From Pseudomonadota bacterium (GTDB lineage: Bacteria > Pseudomonadota > Gammaproteobacteria > Acidiferrobacterales > UBA6901): a DNA stretch of 64,000 bases. The DNA is taken from the NCBI GenBank assembly GCA_027364845.1, contig DAHXOO010000007.1, positions 12,385 to 76,384 of the forward strand, given 5' to 3'. Of this stretch, positions 20,333 to 30,025 are shown one piece after another. Under the pieces are notes generated by a model. It was not told the DNA's origin and did no database searches. It saw only the letters and a program-made list of their open reading frames with translations. How positions within the stretch are numbered: position 1 is the first letter of the stretch; the number at the start of each line of letters is the position of its first letter. The translations under genes and the position numbers were made by a program.

Positions 20333-21208
20333 CTACTCGATGTTCTGGACCTGTTCCCGCATCTGTTCAATCAAGACTTTCAGGTCCACCGCAGCGTTGG
20401 TAAGCCGCAAGTCCACCGCCTTGGATCCCAGGGTATTGGCTTCACGGTTGAATTCCTGCATCAGGAAATCCAGCCGCCGTCCGATTTGCCCTCCCTGATC
20501 CAGCACACGCCGCGCCTCCGAAAGATGAGCCGCGATCCGGTCGAGCTCTTCGTCAACATCGATCCGCTGGGCAAAAAGAACAATTTCCTGCTCGACCCGC
20601 GAGGCGTCAAGCTCCTTGCGCAGATCGGCTAGACGCGCAGTCAGCCGGTCGCGAAATTTCTGCACCACCTCCGGCAACCAGCCGCGCACCGCCTGCACGA
20701 TGCCATCCATCGCGTCGAGCTTCTGCTCGATCACTCCGGAGAGGTGCGCCCCCTCGCGGCGACGGGTATCGATCATTTCGCTGACCGTCCGGTCGAGTAG
20801 CTGTAGGCTCTCACCTCCAAGCGCATCGGCATCAAGACCCGCACCACGCAGCGCACCCGGCCAATGCAAAATGTCGATCACACCTAACGGCCGGATGCTC
20901 GTGCTGTTCTCCTGAGCGACGCGCTCCAACTTGCGCCCCACACCAATTAGCTTGGAAACAAGCGCATCATTCGGGGCGAGTTCGGCCGAGGTCTCGTGCG
21001 CTTGGAACCGCAGAACGCAATCCACCTTGCCGCGGCCCAGGCGCTTGCCCAGCGACTCGCGCACCTGGGGTTCCAGAGCCCGCAACTCCTCCGGCAGGCG
21101 CACGGCGACCTCGAGGTAGCGGTGGTTCACTGATCGCAGCTCCCAGACGAGTTTGCCCCACTGCGTATCCTGGTCGCAGCGTGCGTATGCGGTCATGCTC
21201 AGCGCCAT
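20333..21208 (-). CDS. yicC: YicC family stress-induced protein
   Basis: MTAYAR...WELRSVNHRYLEV N-terminal and EFNREANTLGSK C-terminal YicC signatures. Confidence 0.85.
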   Translation of the reverse strand: MALSMTAYARCDQDTQWGKLVWELRSVNHRYLEVAVRLPEELRALEPQVRESLGKRLGRGKVDCVLRFQAHETSAELAPNDALVSKLIGVGRKLERVAQENSTSIRPLGVIDILHWPGALRGAGLDADALGGESLQLLDRTVSEMIDTRRREGAHLSGVIEQKLDAMDGIVQAVRGWLPEVVQKFRDRLTARLADLRKELDASRVEQEIVLFAQRIDVDEELDRIAAHLSEARRVLDQGGQIGRRLDFLMQEFNREANTLGSKAVDLRLTNAAVDLKVLIEQMREQVQNIE

Positions 21209-21358
21209 GGCGGTCCGACATCCTGTTACAGGTTGTGGGGATGTTAACTGGCCGCCCCGCTACCGTCCACCGCTGGAGCGGCTATATTAAAAGGCATACA
21301 GGCCGCATTTGGTCGCATGATTTGTTACCATCGCTGAGGCAAGTCCCGGAAAATCAAG

Positions 21359-22297
21359 ATGAAGCGATTGGAAAATACCCTTGGCAAAGGGTACATCCTG
21401 AACAGATACCGCATTGAAAAAGCCATCGGCGGCGGCGGGTTCAGTCTTGTCTATCTGGCCACTTTTCTCGAGGATGGCCGGCGTGTTGCTGTAAAGGAAT
21501 ACCTGCCGAACGCCCAGGCCAGGCGCGTTGAGGACTCGCGGGTGGAGCCGTTGTCGGAAGGCCTTGCCGGCGCCTATCGACAGGGAATCAAGCGTTTTTT
21601 CGACGAAGCGAGCGCGCTGGCCAAAGTGAACCATCCGAACATCGTGCGAGTCGAGAACTTTTTCCGCGCCAACAACACCGTCTATATGGTCATGCGTTAT
21701 GAACGCGGCAAAGACCTGCGCTGGTACATCAAACACAAATCCGGAAAACTCAGCGAGCGATTCATCCGAACGGTGTTTCCACAGCTGCTGTTCGGCATGC
21801 GCGAACTCCATAACAACCGCCTGTTACACCTGGACATCAAGCCGGCGAATATCTTCCTGCGTCCTGGCGGCAAGCCTTTGTTGCTCGACTTCGGCGCAGC
21901 GCGGGCGTCGGTTGCCGGAAGCAAGCCGAGCGGTCCACAAACCCTGACCGTGGGCTATGCCCCAATCGAACAGCACATGGGTGGCCACCTCGGCCCGTGG
22001 ACCGACATGTACGCTATTGGCGCTTCGATGTGGGCATGCATCAGTGGCAAGCCTCCACTGGCGTCTACCCAGCGGGCGATCAAGGACACGTACAAGCCGG
22101 CCGTGCGTGCGTTCGCTCGCCTTTATTCACCTCAGCTGCTGGAGGCGATCGACTGGTGCCTGGAGATGAACCAGCTGGAGCGCCCGCAAAGCGCCCAGGA
22201 GTTGCTGGACATCCTGAACCCGATGAAGACTGCCGAAGCTGGGCCGGAATCGGCCGAGACTTTTTGGACGTTCCGTTTGCCTTGGAGGAAAAGCTAG
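21359..22297 (+). CDS. Hanks-type Ser/Thr protein kinase, soluble, kinase domain only (non-RD: HLD)
   Basis: IGGGGFSLVY glycine loop, VAVKEY, HLDIKPANIF catalytic loop, LDFGAAR and GYAPIEQ. No TM segment or sensor domain. Confidence 0.85.
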   Translation: MKRLENTLGKGYILNRYRIEKAIGGGGFSLVYLATFLEDGRRVAVKEYLPNAQARRVEDSRVEPLSEGLAGAYRQGIKRFFDEASALAKVNHPNIVRVENFFRANNTVYMVMRYERGKDLRWYIKHKSGKLSERFIRTVFPQLLFGMRELHNNRLLHLDIKPANIFLRPGGKPLLLDFGAARASVAGSKPSGPQTLTVGYAPIEQHMGGHLGPWTDMYAIGASMWACISGKPPLASTQRAIKDTYKPAVRAFARLYSPQLLEAIDWCLEMNQLERPQSAQELLDILNPMKTAEAGPESAETFWTFRLPWRKS

Positions 22298-22302
22298 CCG
22301 CC

Positions 22303-23256
22303 ATGCACTTCCAGTTGGCACATCACAGCCTCAAGGGATCGCGGCCGACGAACCAGGATCGCATCGCCTATGCCGAACGCGACAATGGCGTGCTGATGGT
22401 CCTGGCCGATGGGCTGGGCGGTTATGACGGTGGGGCGCTGGCGGCGGAGATCCTCACCCAGTCCATCGTGCGTGCGTTCCAGTCGGTCAGGCAACCCGTC
22501 ATCGACAAGCCGTCCGCTTTTCTCGCCCTTGCAATCATGCAGGCGCACAATGCAATCCTCAAAAGTGGACGTGCCCATGTTCCGCCCATATCGCCACGCA
22601 CAACCTGCGTTGTGTGTCTGGTGCAGCGTGGCTACGCCTATTGGGCGCACGTGGGCGACAGTCGCCTCTATCATTTCCACGACACCAATCTGTTGCAGCG
22701 CACCTTCGACCACAGCACTACCGAGCAGATGCATCTCGACGGTCTGCTGAGCGAGGACGAAATGCGACTGCACCCAGAGAAGGGCCATTTGCTGAAATGC
22801 GTAGGTGGACCACGCAAGCCCACGATCAGCCTCGGAGGAGAGACCGCACTCAATTCCGGCGACACGCTCTTGCTGTGCTCCGATGGACTGTGGCAGGCGT
22901 TGCGCCCCAACGAACTCGCGCGCTTCCTCGCGTTCGATTCGCTGGATGAGGGCGTCGAAGAAATGCTGCTAACGGCGGAGGGCAAGATGAAGAAAGCCTG
23001 CGACAACCTGAGCGCCATCGGATTGCGTTGGGAGGAAGACCTGACCAGCGAGTTGCCACTGCAGACCGTGAAAGTGAAGGAAACCAGCCAAGATGCGTTG
23101 TGGAACGATGCCTGCCGGAAAAGTGTGGACCAAAGGCGGAGGCCCGCAGACCTGGTTACACCTTCCCACGGCAAAGGAAAGCCTCTCGACGTGGCGATTC
23201 AAGAACTCGAAGACTTTGTCAAGCAATTCGAACCCAAACGCGGCCGGGACCGTTGA
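22303..23256 (+). CDS. PP2C-family Ser/Thr phosphatase
   Basis: From the internal Met: MHFQLAHHSLKGSRPTNQDR, VLADGLGGYDGG, HVGDSRLY, LLCSDGLW and DNLSAIG motifs. It starts 6 nt after the kinase stop. Confidence 0.85.
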   Translation: MHFQLAHHSLKGSRPTNQDRIAYAERDNGVLMVLADGLGGYDGGALAAEILTQSIVRAFQSVRQPVIDKPSAFLALAIMQAHNAILKSGRAHVPPISPRTTCVVCLVQRGYAYWAHVGDSRLYHFHDTNLLQRTFDHSTTEQMHLDGLLSEDEMRLHPEKGHLLKCVGGPRKPTISLGGETALNSGDTLLLCSDGLWQALRPNELARFLAFDSLDEGVEEMLLTAEGKMKKACDNLSAIGLRWEEDLTSELPLQTVKVKETSQDALWNDACRKSVDQRRRPADLVTPSHGKGKPLDVAIQELEDFVKQFEPKRGRDR

Positions 23257-23343
23257 GTCGCACCTCCCTACGCAACCAGTTGCCTGGCAGCACGCCGATT
23301 CCTGTACAATGCGCATCCGAAAAACAACGATCCCTTCGAGCTC

Positions 23344-24066
23344 ATGAGACCTAGCGGCCGCGCACCACACGAACTCCGCAATATTCGATTTACCCGCCAA
23401 TATACGCGCCATGCGGAAGGCTCGGTGCTGGTCGAGTTCGGTGACACCAAGGTCATCTGCAATGTAAGCGTCGACGAGAAAGTGCCGGCCTTCCTAAAGG
23501 GAAAGGGACAGGGCTGGATCACCGCCGAGTACGGAATGCTGCCGCGCTCAACCGGTAGTCGCATGGCACGCGAGGCGGCGCAAGGCCGGCAGGGTGGACG
23601 CACGCAGGAGATCCAGCGCCTAATCGGTCGCTCGCTGCGCGCTGCGGTCGATCTCAGACAGCTTGGTGATCGCACCCTGACTGTGGACTGCGACGTGATT
23701 CAGGCAGACGGCGGAACACGCACAGCGTCGATAACAGGCGCCTGCGTCGCTCTGCATGATGCGGTCGCGCGCCTACGCGCGAAAGGTGTCCTGCAGGGAA
23801 ACCCGATCCTCCACCTCGTCGCTTCCGTTTCGGTCGGCATCCATGGAGGCCATGCGGTGCTTGATCTCGACTATGCGGAAGACTCCTCAGCTGCGACCGA
23901 CATGAATGTTGTCATGAATGATACCGGACAGTTCATTGAGGTCCAGGGCACAGCCGAGGGCGAGGCTTTCAGTCGCGACGAACTTCTCACCATGACCGAA
24001 CTTGCCGCGCGCGGCATACGGCAACTGATTGAACTTCAACGTACCGTGCTCGGATTGCCTGCGTGA
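23344..24066 (+). CDS. rph: Ribonuclease PH
   Basis: [39 protein letters not shown] is the canonical RNase PH N-terminus. Confidence 0.93.
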   Translation: MRPSGRAPHELRNIRFTRQYTRHAEGSVLVEFGDTKVICNVSVDEKVPAFLKGKGQGWITAEYGMLPRSTGSRMAREAAQGRQGGRTQEIQRLIGRSLRAAVDLRQLGDRTLTVDCDVIQADGGTRTASITGACVALHDAVARLRAKGVLQGNPILHLVASVSVGIHGGHAVLDLDYAEDSSAATDMNVVMNDTGQFIEVQGTAEGEAFSRDELLTMTELAARGIRQLIELQRTVLGLPA

Positions 24067-24077
24067 ACCACCGACCC

Positions 24078-24698
24078 ATGCACAGGATCGTGCTGGCCAG
24101 CAATAATCCCGGCAAAGTACGGGAATTCTCTGGGCTGCTCTCAGATTTGCATTACGAGATTCTGCCCCAGACCCAATTTGGGGTTCCGGAGGCCGAGGAA
24201 ACCGGCCTGACTTTTGTTGAAAACGCGCTTATCAAGGCGCGCAACGCCGCGAAGCACAGCGCTTTGCCGGCGATCGCCGACGACTCAGGCCTTGAGGTAG
24301 ACGTCCTGGGAGGCGCCCCAGGCATCTACTCGGCGCGCTACGCCGGGCCTGTATCGAACGACCGCCGCAATCTCGAGAAGCTGCTGGCCGACCTGGCGGG
24401 GGTTGCGGAACCGCAACGCACTGCTCGTTTCCAGTGCGTGCTTGTATTCCTGCGACATGAACGCGATCCAATGCCGCTGATCTGTCATGGAACATGGGAA
24501 GGACGCATCCTGCAACAGGCTCGAGGAAGCAGCGGTTTCGGTTACGACCCAGTGTTTTACGTCCCCACCCACGGCTGCTCGGCAGCCGAGCTCCCGCCCG
24601 AAGTCAAAAATGCATTGAGCCATCGCGGACAGGCGCTGCGGCAATTGCTGGCGGCGCTCAACCGTGTCCGAATTGAATGCGCCACCCAGACGCAATGA
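24078..24698 (+). CDS. rdgB: dITP/XTP pyrophosphatase (RdgB/HAM1)
   Basis: [17 protein letters not shown]...ADDSGLEVD...FGYDP. A GTG at 24063 overlapping the rph stop is an alternative start. Confidence 0.9.
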   Translation: MHRIVLASNNPGKVREFSGLLSDLHYEILPQTQFGVPEAEETGLTFVENALIKARNAAKHSALPAIADDSGLEVDVLGGAPGIYSARYAGPVSNDRRNLEKLLADLAGVAEPQRTARFQCVLVFLRHERDPMPLICHGTWEGRILQQARGSSGFGYDPVFYVPTHGCSAAELPPEVKNALSHRGQALRQLLAALNRVRIECATQTQ

Positions 24699-24761
24699 TG
24701 TATCGGTTGACGGCACGACCGCGGGAGGCCGTGGCACCGGCGGCAGCCGCGGACTGAATTT

Positions 24762-25661
24762 ATGCATCATGGTTTTCGCTGGCGTCTGAAGGTCGCCCTC
24801 GCCTTTGCAGTCGTCTACCTAGTGTGGGGTTCGACCTATCTTGCTATCCGCATCGGGGTGGAAACCCTGCCACCGCTGTTGTTCGCCGGCATCAGGTTTC
24901 TGGTTGCGGGAGTCATCCTGGCTGTCTTTGCACGTCTCAGCGGCCAGAACTTTCCGCGGGCTCCGGGTGAATGGCGCACTGTTTTCGTGGTGGGGATCTT
25001 GCTGCTGGCCTGCGCAAACGGACTCGTCGCCTGGGGAGAACAATGGGTTCCATCCAACCAGGCAGCGTTGATCGCCGCTACCACGGCATTGTGGCTTTCC
25101 GGTCTGGGTGCACTTGGAGCTGGAGGACAACGCCTGGGATTGCGTTCCGCTTTCGGCCTGGCGGTCGGTTTCGGCGGCGTCATACTGCTGCTCGCACCAC
25201 GCAGCGGTTTTGTGCCGGACCGGTTTTCAGGCCAGCTTGCCATCTTGGTTGCAGGACTCTCGTGGGCAAGTGGGTCCATCTATATGAAGCGCAGGAAGCC
25301 CGCCACGCCACCGTTGATGTCTGCCGCCCTGCAGTCCCTGGCCGCAGGTACCCTACTGTGCGCGGCAGCTTTGCTGCTGGGCGAGGCCGGAGGATGGACG
25401 TGGAACGCAAAGGCAGCCCTGGCATTGGCTTATCTGGTCGTTTTCGGCTCCTGTTTTGCCTACGCCGCCTACATGTGGCTGCTGCATACCGTTAGCCCCG
25501 CAGCGCTAAGCACCTATGCGTATGTCAATCCGGCGGTGGCGGCGGTTCTCGGCTGGTGGATACTCAACGAATCGCTCGGACCCTATCAGGTCGCCGGGAT
25601 GGTCATTATCCTATGCGCGGTGTTGCTCGTAAGTACCGCCAGACCAGCAGTGGCGGCCTGA
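24762..25661 (+). CDS. EamA/DMT-superfamily transporter
   Basis: About ten predicted TM helices and two EamA-like halves (VWGSTYLAIR...). Confidence 0.8.
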   Translation: MHHGFRWRLKVALAFAVVYLVWGSTYLAIRIGVETLPPLLFAGIRFLVAGVILAVFARLSGQNFPRAPGEWRTVFVVGILLLACANGLVAWGEQWVPSNQAALIAATTALWLSGLGALGAGGQRLGLRSAFGLAVGFGGVILLLAPRSGFVPDRFSGQLAILVAGLSWASGSIYMKRRKPATPPLMSAALQSLAAGTLLCAAALLLGEAGGWTWNAKAALALAYLVVFGSCFAYAAYMWLLHTVSPAALSTYAYVNPAVAAVLGWWILNESLGPYQVAGMVIILCAVLLVSTARPAVAA

Positions 25662-25845
25662 CACCGGCCACTACCAAGCCTGGTGCCACATCGATGACGG
25701 CGATGCGGACCTTGGCACGTCATACCCTGGGCAGATCCCGGCAAAAAGCTGCTTACAGCAAGCCTCTGTGAGGTTACCGAATTAAGCTGCCGCAGAAACG
25801 CGGTGGTACAATTTCCACCGTCGTTCATTCGAAAGGTTATCGATA

Positions 25846-27066
25846 TTGCGCATTTCCGTGCCGCCGCTGTCGCTTTACGTCCACCTACCTTGGTGCGTGA
25901 AAAAGTGCCCATATTGCGACTTCAACTCGCACAGCCTGGGCACGACCACCGGCAAGTACAACCACGTCCCGGAAGACCGCTATATCGAGGCGTTGATCGC
26001 CGACCTTGATCATGACCTGCACAGGGTATCGGGACGCACGGTTCGCAGCATTTTCATCGGCGGTGGCACCCCAAGCCTGTTTTCACCGAGCGCCATCGAC
26101 CGTCTGCTCGCCGGGATACGTGCACGCCTGCCACTGCTTCCAGAGGCGGAAATCACCCTGGAGGCAAATCCCGGCGCCATCGAGGAACGGCATTTTGCTG
26201 GATACCGCACCGCCGGTGTAAATCGCTTGTCACTCGGCATTCAGAGCTTCGATCCCGTTCTACTACGCGCGTTGGGCCGGATTCACGGCTGCGACGAAGC
26301 GCTGCGCGCGGTCGAAGCGGCACGCCAAGGCGGTTTCGACAACCTCAACCTGGACCTGATGTACGGCTTGCCGGGACAGAGTGTCGAATCGGCACTGTGC
26401 GATACGGATACCGCTCTTGCCCTGCGGCCCGCGCATCTGTCAATTTACCAGCTGACCATTGAGCCCAACACGCTATTCCACGCAAACCCGCCGCAACTTC
26501 CCGACGAAGACGAAATCGCTGCCATGCAACAGGCGTTACAGATGCGCGTTTACGATGAAGGTTACTGTCATTACGAGGTTTCCGCTTATGCCCTCGTGGG
26601 GCACGAGTGTCGCCATAACCTCAACTACTGGCGCTTCGGGGACTACCTAGGCATTGGGGCAGGAGCGCACGCCAAGATCACTGACGCGGCCGGCATTGGG
26701 CGCCTGTGGAAAGTGAAGCACCCTGACGATTACATTCGGGGCGCCGGAACGCCAGCGGCCATAGGCGGCGAGCAGCGCCTCTCGCCCGAGGAAAGCGCCT
26801 TCGAATTCATGCTTAACGCGCTGCGACTGCAGGGCGGCATTCAGGGCGCGCTGTTCACGGAACATACGGGTCTGCCGCTTTCTGCAGTCGAGAAACCCCT
26901 GCGCGAAGCCGAAGATAAGGGCTTGATCCGCCGGTCCGGCGACTCCTTGTGTCCGACTGAGTTGGGCCGGCGCTTCCTCAATGATCTGGTCGCTCTGTTT
27001 CTTCCCGCCGCCTCCGATGGTGCACAGACGCCACGCGAAGCAGCAGGCAGGACCACACGGGGGTAG
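25846..27066 (+). CDS. hemW: Radical SAM heme chaperone HemW (HemN-like)
   Basis: LYVHLPWCVKKCPYCDFNS CxxxCxxC radical-SAM motif. TTG start. Position downstream of rph-rdgB is typical. Confidence 0.88.
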   Translation: MRISVPPLSLYVHLPWCVKKCPYCDFNSHSLGTTTGKYNHVPEDRYIEALIADLDHDLHRVSGRTVRSIFIGGGTPSLFSPSAIDRLLAGIRARLPLLPEAEITLEANPGAIEERHFAGYRTAGVNRLSLGIQSFDPVLLRALGRIHGCDEALRAVEAARQGGFDNLNLDLMYGLPGQSVESALCDTDTALALRPAHLSIYQLTIEPNTLFHANPPQLPDEDEIAAMQQALQMRVYDEGYCHYEVSAYALVGHECRHNLNYWRFGDYLGIGAGAHAKITDAAGIGRLWKVKHPDDYIRGAGTPAAIGGEQRLSPEESAFEFMLNALRLQGGIQGALFTEHTGLPLSAVEKPLREAEDKGLIRRSGDSLCPTELGRRFLNDLVALFLPAASDGAQTPREAAGRTTRG

Positions 27067-27729
27067 CGACTGGCTGCCGAATTGATCTCTCGGCCGATCC
27101 CGGTAACGTCGAAGCGATACGCCGAATGCAATGACTGCGCCGTTGTGTCATCCATGATGCGCAGAAATCTTCCCGCCCGCTTTCGGATTGCACGCAATTC
27201 AACACACCAACGGCGCAAGCTGGACAAGCGGCTTGGCCAACAACATCCGGTTCGCGCCAACGGCTCCAGGGTTTGTGTTCCTCATTCGCGTCACCCCCTT
27301 TAAGACTCCTGAACACTGGGCTGCGGTTCGTCGTAGTCTGCCGGCCCCACACATTGCCAAAATCTGACGCGTATGTAGGTGGCGCAGCTGCTCGCGCCAC
27401 CTCTACTCGGTGAACCGTCTCGCCTCCTGCGGCTACGGGAAATGCGAAAACTGGCGCCTGGAATTAGCCTGCGGCTGCATGGGTTGGCGAATCCAGTTAC
27501 AATACTTCGATCCGGAAATGGTCACCGTGACCAGTTCTGTACTGGTCCTCAGCTACAGTGCTGGGCAGTGGCCGCAGACACCACGCGATCGGACCACTGG
27601 CCGGGTTGGCACGGACCACGCCGCCCTGCAATCCGGGGATGGCTCAAGACGCGCATGGGCCGCATTTCACTCGGGCGCCTAAAGCACGGATTCAAGGTAC
27701 GACGTTGTTGCCCAAGACGGGGGATCACG

Positions 27730-28143
27730 ATGCTGTGGCTTAAGGCCCTGCACATCATCTTCATGGTGACCTGGTTTGCAGGTCTTTTTTATCTGCCCAG
27801 GCTTTTTGTTTACCACGCGATGGCTGACGACACCACCAGCCGCGAGCGCTTCAAGATCATGGAACGCAAGCTCTACTACGGGATCATGACGCCCGGAGCA
27901 GTATTGACCATCCTGTTCGGGATGTGGATGTGGCTGGGCTATGGGTTCCATGGGCTATGGCTTGATATCAAGATCACCCTGGTCGCCATTCTCGTTGGGT
28001 TCCATATCTATTGCGGTAAGCTGCTTGTTGATTTTCGTCATGACCGTAACCGTCACGGACATGTATTTTACCGGTGGCTCAATGAGCTTCCGGCGTTGAT
28101 TCTGGTTGCGGTGGTCATCCTGGTGGTGGTTAAGCCGATCTGA
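27730..28143 (+). CDS. hemJ: Protoporphyrinogen IX oxidase HemJ (UPF0093/CopD-like)
   Basis: From the internal Met: MLWLKALHIIFMVTWFAGLFYLPRLFVYHA... is the characteristic HemJ N-terminus. 137 aa with 4 TM helices. Confidence 0.8.
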   Translation: MLWLKALHIIFMVTWFAGLFYLPRLFVYHAMADDTTSRERFKIMERKLYYGIMTPGAVLTILFGMWMWLGYGFHGLWLDIKITLVAILVGFHIYCGKLLVDFRHDRNRHGHVFYRWLNELPALILVAVVILVVVKPI

Positions 28144-28266
28144 CCCACGCCATACCGCTATTGAATTTGGCGCTGAACGGCTCCAAATTTAAACGTCGAA
28201 TACTGCGAATAAATAATAATAACTGGTCTACAGGGATGGATGAGGCTGTCGACTCAGGAGAGGGTA

Positions 28267-29604
28267 ATGCAAATCAAACTGGCTCTGTCCTTGGTGCTTG
28301 CGACCTGTAGCCTCAGCGTTGCCACAGCGGAAGGCGTGACTACTCTTGATCAGGCTGTCCGTTATGGCCTGCGTCACAATCTCGAGCTCAAGGCAAGCGG
28401 CGAACAGGCGCGCAGCGCACGTGCCCGGCTCGGCGTCGCCCGGGCAGGCCGCTTTCCGCAACTCAATGCGCGTTACCTCGTACAGCGCAGCGACAATCCG
28501 CTGAATGCGTTTGCCGACAAGCTGAACACCCGCTCGGTAAACCCGGCTACGGATTTCAGCGCCAGCGCTTTGAACGACCCCGGCGCCAGTACCGTGAATG
28601 CCACCGAGATAGCAGTGCAGCTGCCGATCTATACCGGCGGCAAGCTCAGCGCCGCAATCCGCGGTGCGCGGTATCACGAGCAGGCCGCAGACTTAAACTT
28701 GGACCGCATGCGCCAGCAGACCGTATTCCGGATAATGCGCGCCTACTACGTGGCGCAGGCTGCCATCCATGGCGGGCAAATAGCCGCCGACGCGGTGGCC
28801 GCCGCCCGCGAGCATGTCGAAACCACCCGGCGGCTGGTGCGTGAAGGCCGCATCGTGGTGTCTGATCGCATGACCGCGGAGCTCAATCTCGCAGCCGTCG
28901 AGAGCGCGAGCGAACAGGCTATCAATCGTGCACGCTTGGCACTGGACCAGTTGAAGCTGGCCATGGGCATGTCAGTCGACGAACATATCGATCTCCCTCC
29001 GTGGCAAGAAGTTGTTGTCCGGCCCCTGGATCCGCTGTCGGTGCTGGAACAGCGGGCACTCGCCACACGCACGGACCTCGCGGCAGCGCGCTCCATGACT
29101 TCCGCCGGCCGCGCCGGCATCGACGAGGCGCACGCTGCATTCAAACCTCAGGTCAGTCTCATTGCCAGCAGCGACTGGTACAGCCGCCACTTCGGCTTCG
29201 CCGCCAATTCCCAGAGCATCATGGGCGTAGTTAGCATGAACCTGTTCAGCGGCAACCGCGACACCCATGAGCTGGCCGCGGCGCGTAATCGGGAAACCGA
29301 ATCGGAACTGCGCGTGATGGGCCTGGAGCAGGTGATCCTCAACCAGGTACGCGCCGCCTACTACAACCTCAAAGAGGCTATGGCGCGGCGCAAGATCGCG
29401 ATGGCAAACGTCTCCAGGGCGCGTGCGACAGTGCGTCTAGTCAAGGAGCGCTATGGCGAGGGTCGCACGATTCTGCTTGACGTGCTTAGCGCGGAGCAGC
29501 TACTGGTATCGGCTCGCAACGAAAAACTCGCCTCGTCGCTGGATCTGGCAACAAACCAGACCGCCCTGCGGCTGGCCGAGGGCACTCTAGCCCCGCCGCA
29601 ATGA
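28267..29604 (+). CDS. TolC-family outer membrane efflux protein (OMF)
   Basis: Signal peptide MQIKLALSLVLATCSLSVATA after a GGAGAGGG RBS. Two OEP-type repeats (LDQAVRYGLRHNLELK..., coiled A/R-rich segments). Confidence 0.8.
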   Translation: MQIKLALSLVLATCSLSVATAEGVTTLDQAVRYGLRHNLELKASGEQARSARARLGVARAGRFPQLNARYLVQRSDNPLNAFADKLNTRSVNPATDFSASALNDPGASTVNATEIAVQLPIYTGGKLSAAIRGARYHEQAADLNLDRMRQQTVFRIMRAYYVAQAAIHGGQIAADAVAAAREHVETTRRLVREGRIVVSDRMTAELNLAAVESASEQAINRARLALDQLKLAMGMSVDEHIDLPPWQEVVVRPLDPLSVLEQRALATRTDLAAARSMTSAGRAGIDEAHAAFKPQVSLIASSDWYSRHFGFAANSQSIMGVVSMNLFSGNRDTHELAAARNRETESELRVMGLEQVILNQVRAAYYNLKEAMARRKIAMANVSRARATVRLVKERYGEGRTILLDVLSAEQLLVSARNEKLASSLDLATNQTALRLAEGTLAPPQ

Positions 29605-29625
29605 TCACGCCATAGGAGCCTGACA

Positions 29626-30006
29626 ATGGGGCATAGAACCACGCGGCCAAGGACAGCATCGGTGCTGCTGTTTTTGCTGATGCTCGGCGCCTGTGGCGGG
29701 AAACCGCCGTTGCCGACGCCACCGTTGGTGCTGCCGCCGCTGGAGCGCCCGGTCATCAGGCTACAGCACTCGCCTTCCGCCGCGACCCCGGTATTGATTC
29801 CGGCTGCCGCAGCAGTCGTCTTTGGCGGCCTTCCCGGGGTTTTTGTCCTGCGCGATGGCCTCGCACGTTTCCGCATGGTCAAGATCGGGAAGCCCCGTGG
29901 CGATCGTCTTCAGATGCTGAGCGGCCTGTCAGGCAACGAGACCCTGATCCTAGGGAATCTCTCGGATGTGCATGATGGCAGTCCGATCACGGTGCTCCAA
30001 AAGTAG
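29626..30006 (+). CDS. Very short lipoprotein resembling only the C-terminal membrane-proximal part of an RND periplasmic adaptor (MFP)
   Basis: AGGAG RBS 7 nt upstream of the ATG and a lipobox LLMLGAC. The C-terminal part VLIPAAAAVVFGGLPGVFVLRDGLARFRMVKIGKPRGDRLQMLSGLSGNETLILGNLSDVHDGSPITV follows the MFP C-terminal pattern. There are only 21 nt to the OMF gene upstream and 19 nt to the RND gene downstream. Confidence 0.6.
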   Translation: MGHRTTRPRTASVLLFLLMLGACGGKPPLPTPPLVLPPLERPVIRLQHSPSAATPVLIPAAAAVVFGGLPGVFVLRDGLARFRMVKIGKPRGDRLQMLSGLSGNETLILGNLSDVHDGSPITVLQK

Positions 30007-30025
30007 ATCATGAGAAGGGGGAATC

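Noticed and set aside
21997-22302. Upstream 102 aa of the 419-aa ORF containing the PP2C phosphatase
   Set aside because: It overlaps the 3' end of the kinase gene in another frame. The PP2C family N-terminus starts at the Met at 22303.
27379-27729. 117-aa N-terminal extension of hemJ
   Set aside because: HemJ proteins are about 140 aa and begin MLWLKA.H... The extension is Arg/Gly/Trp-rich with no membrane or signal features.
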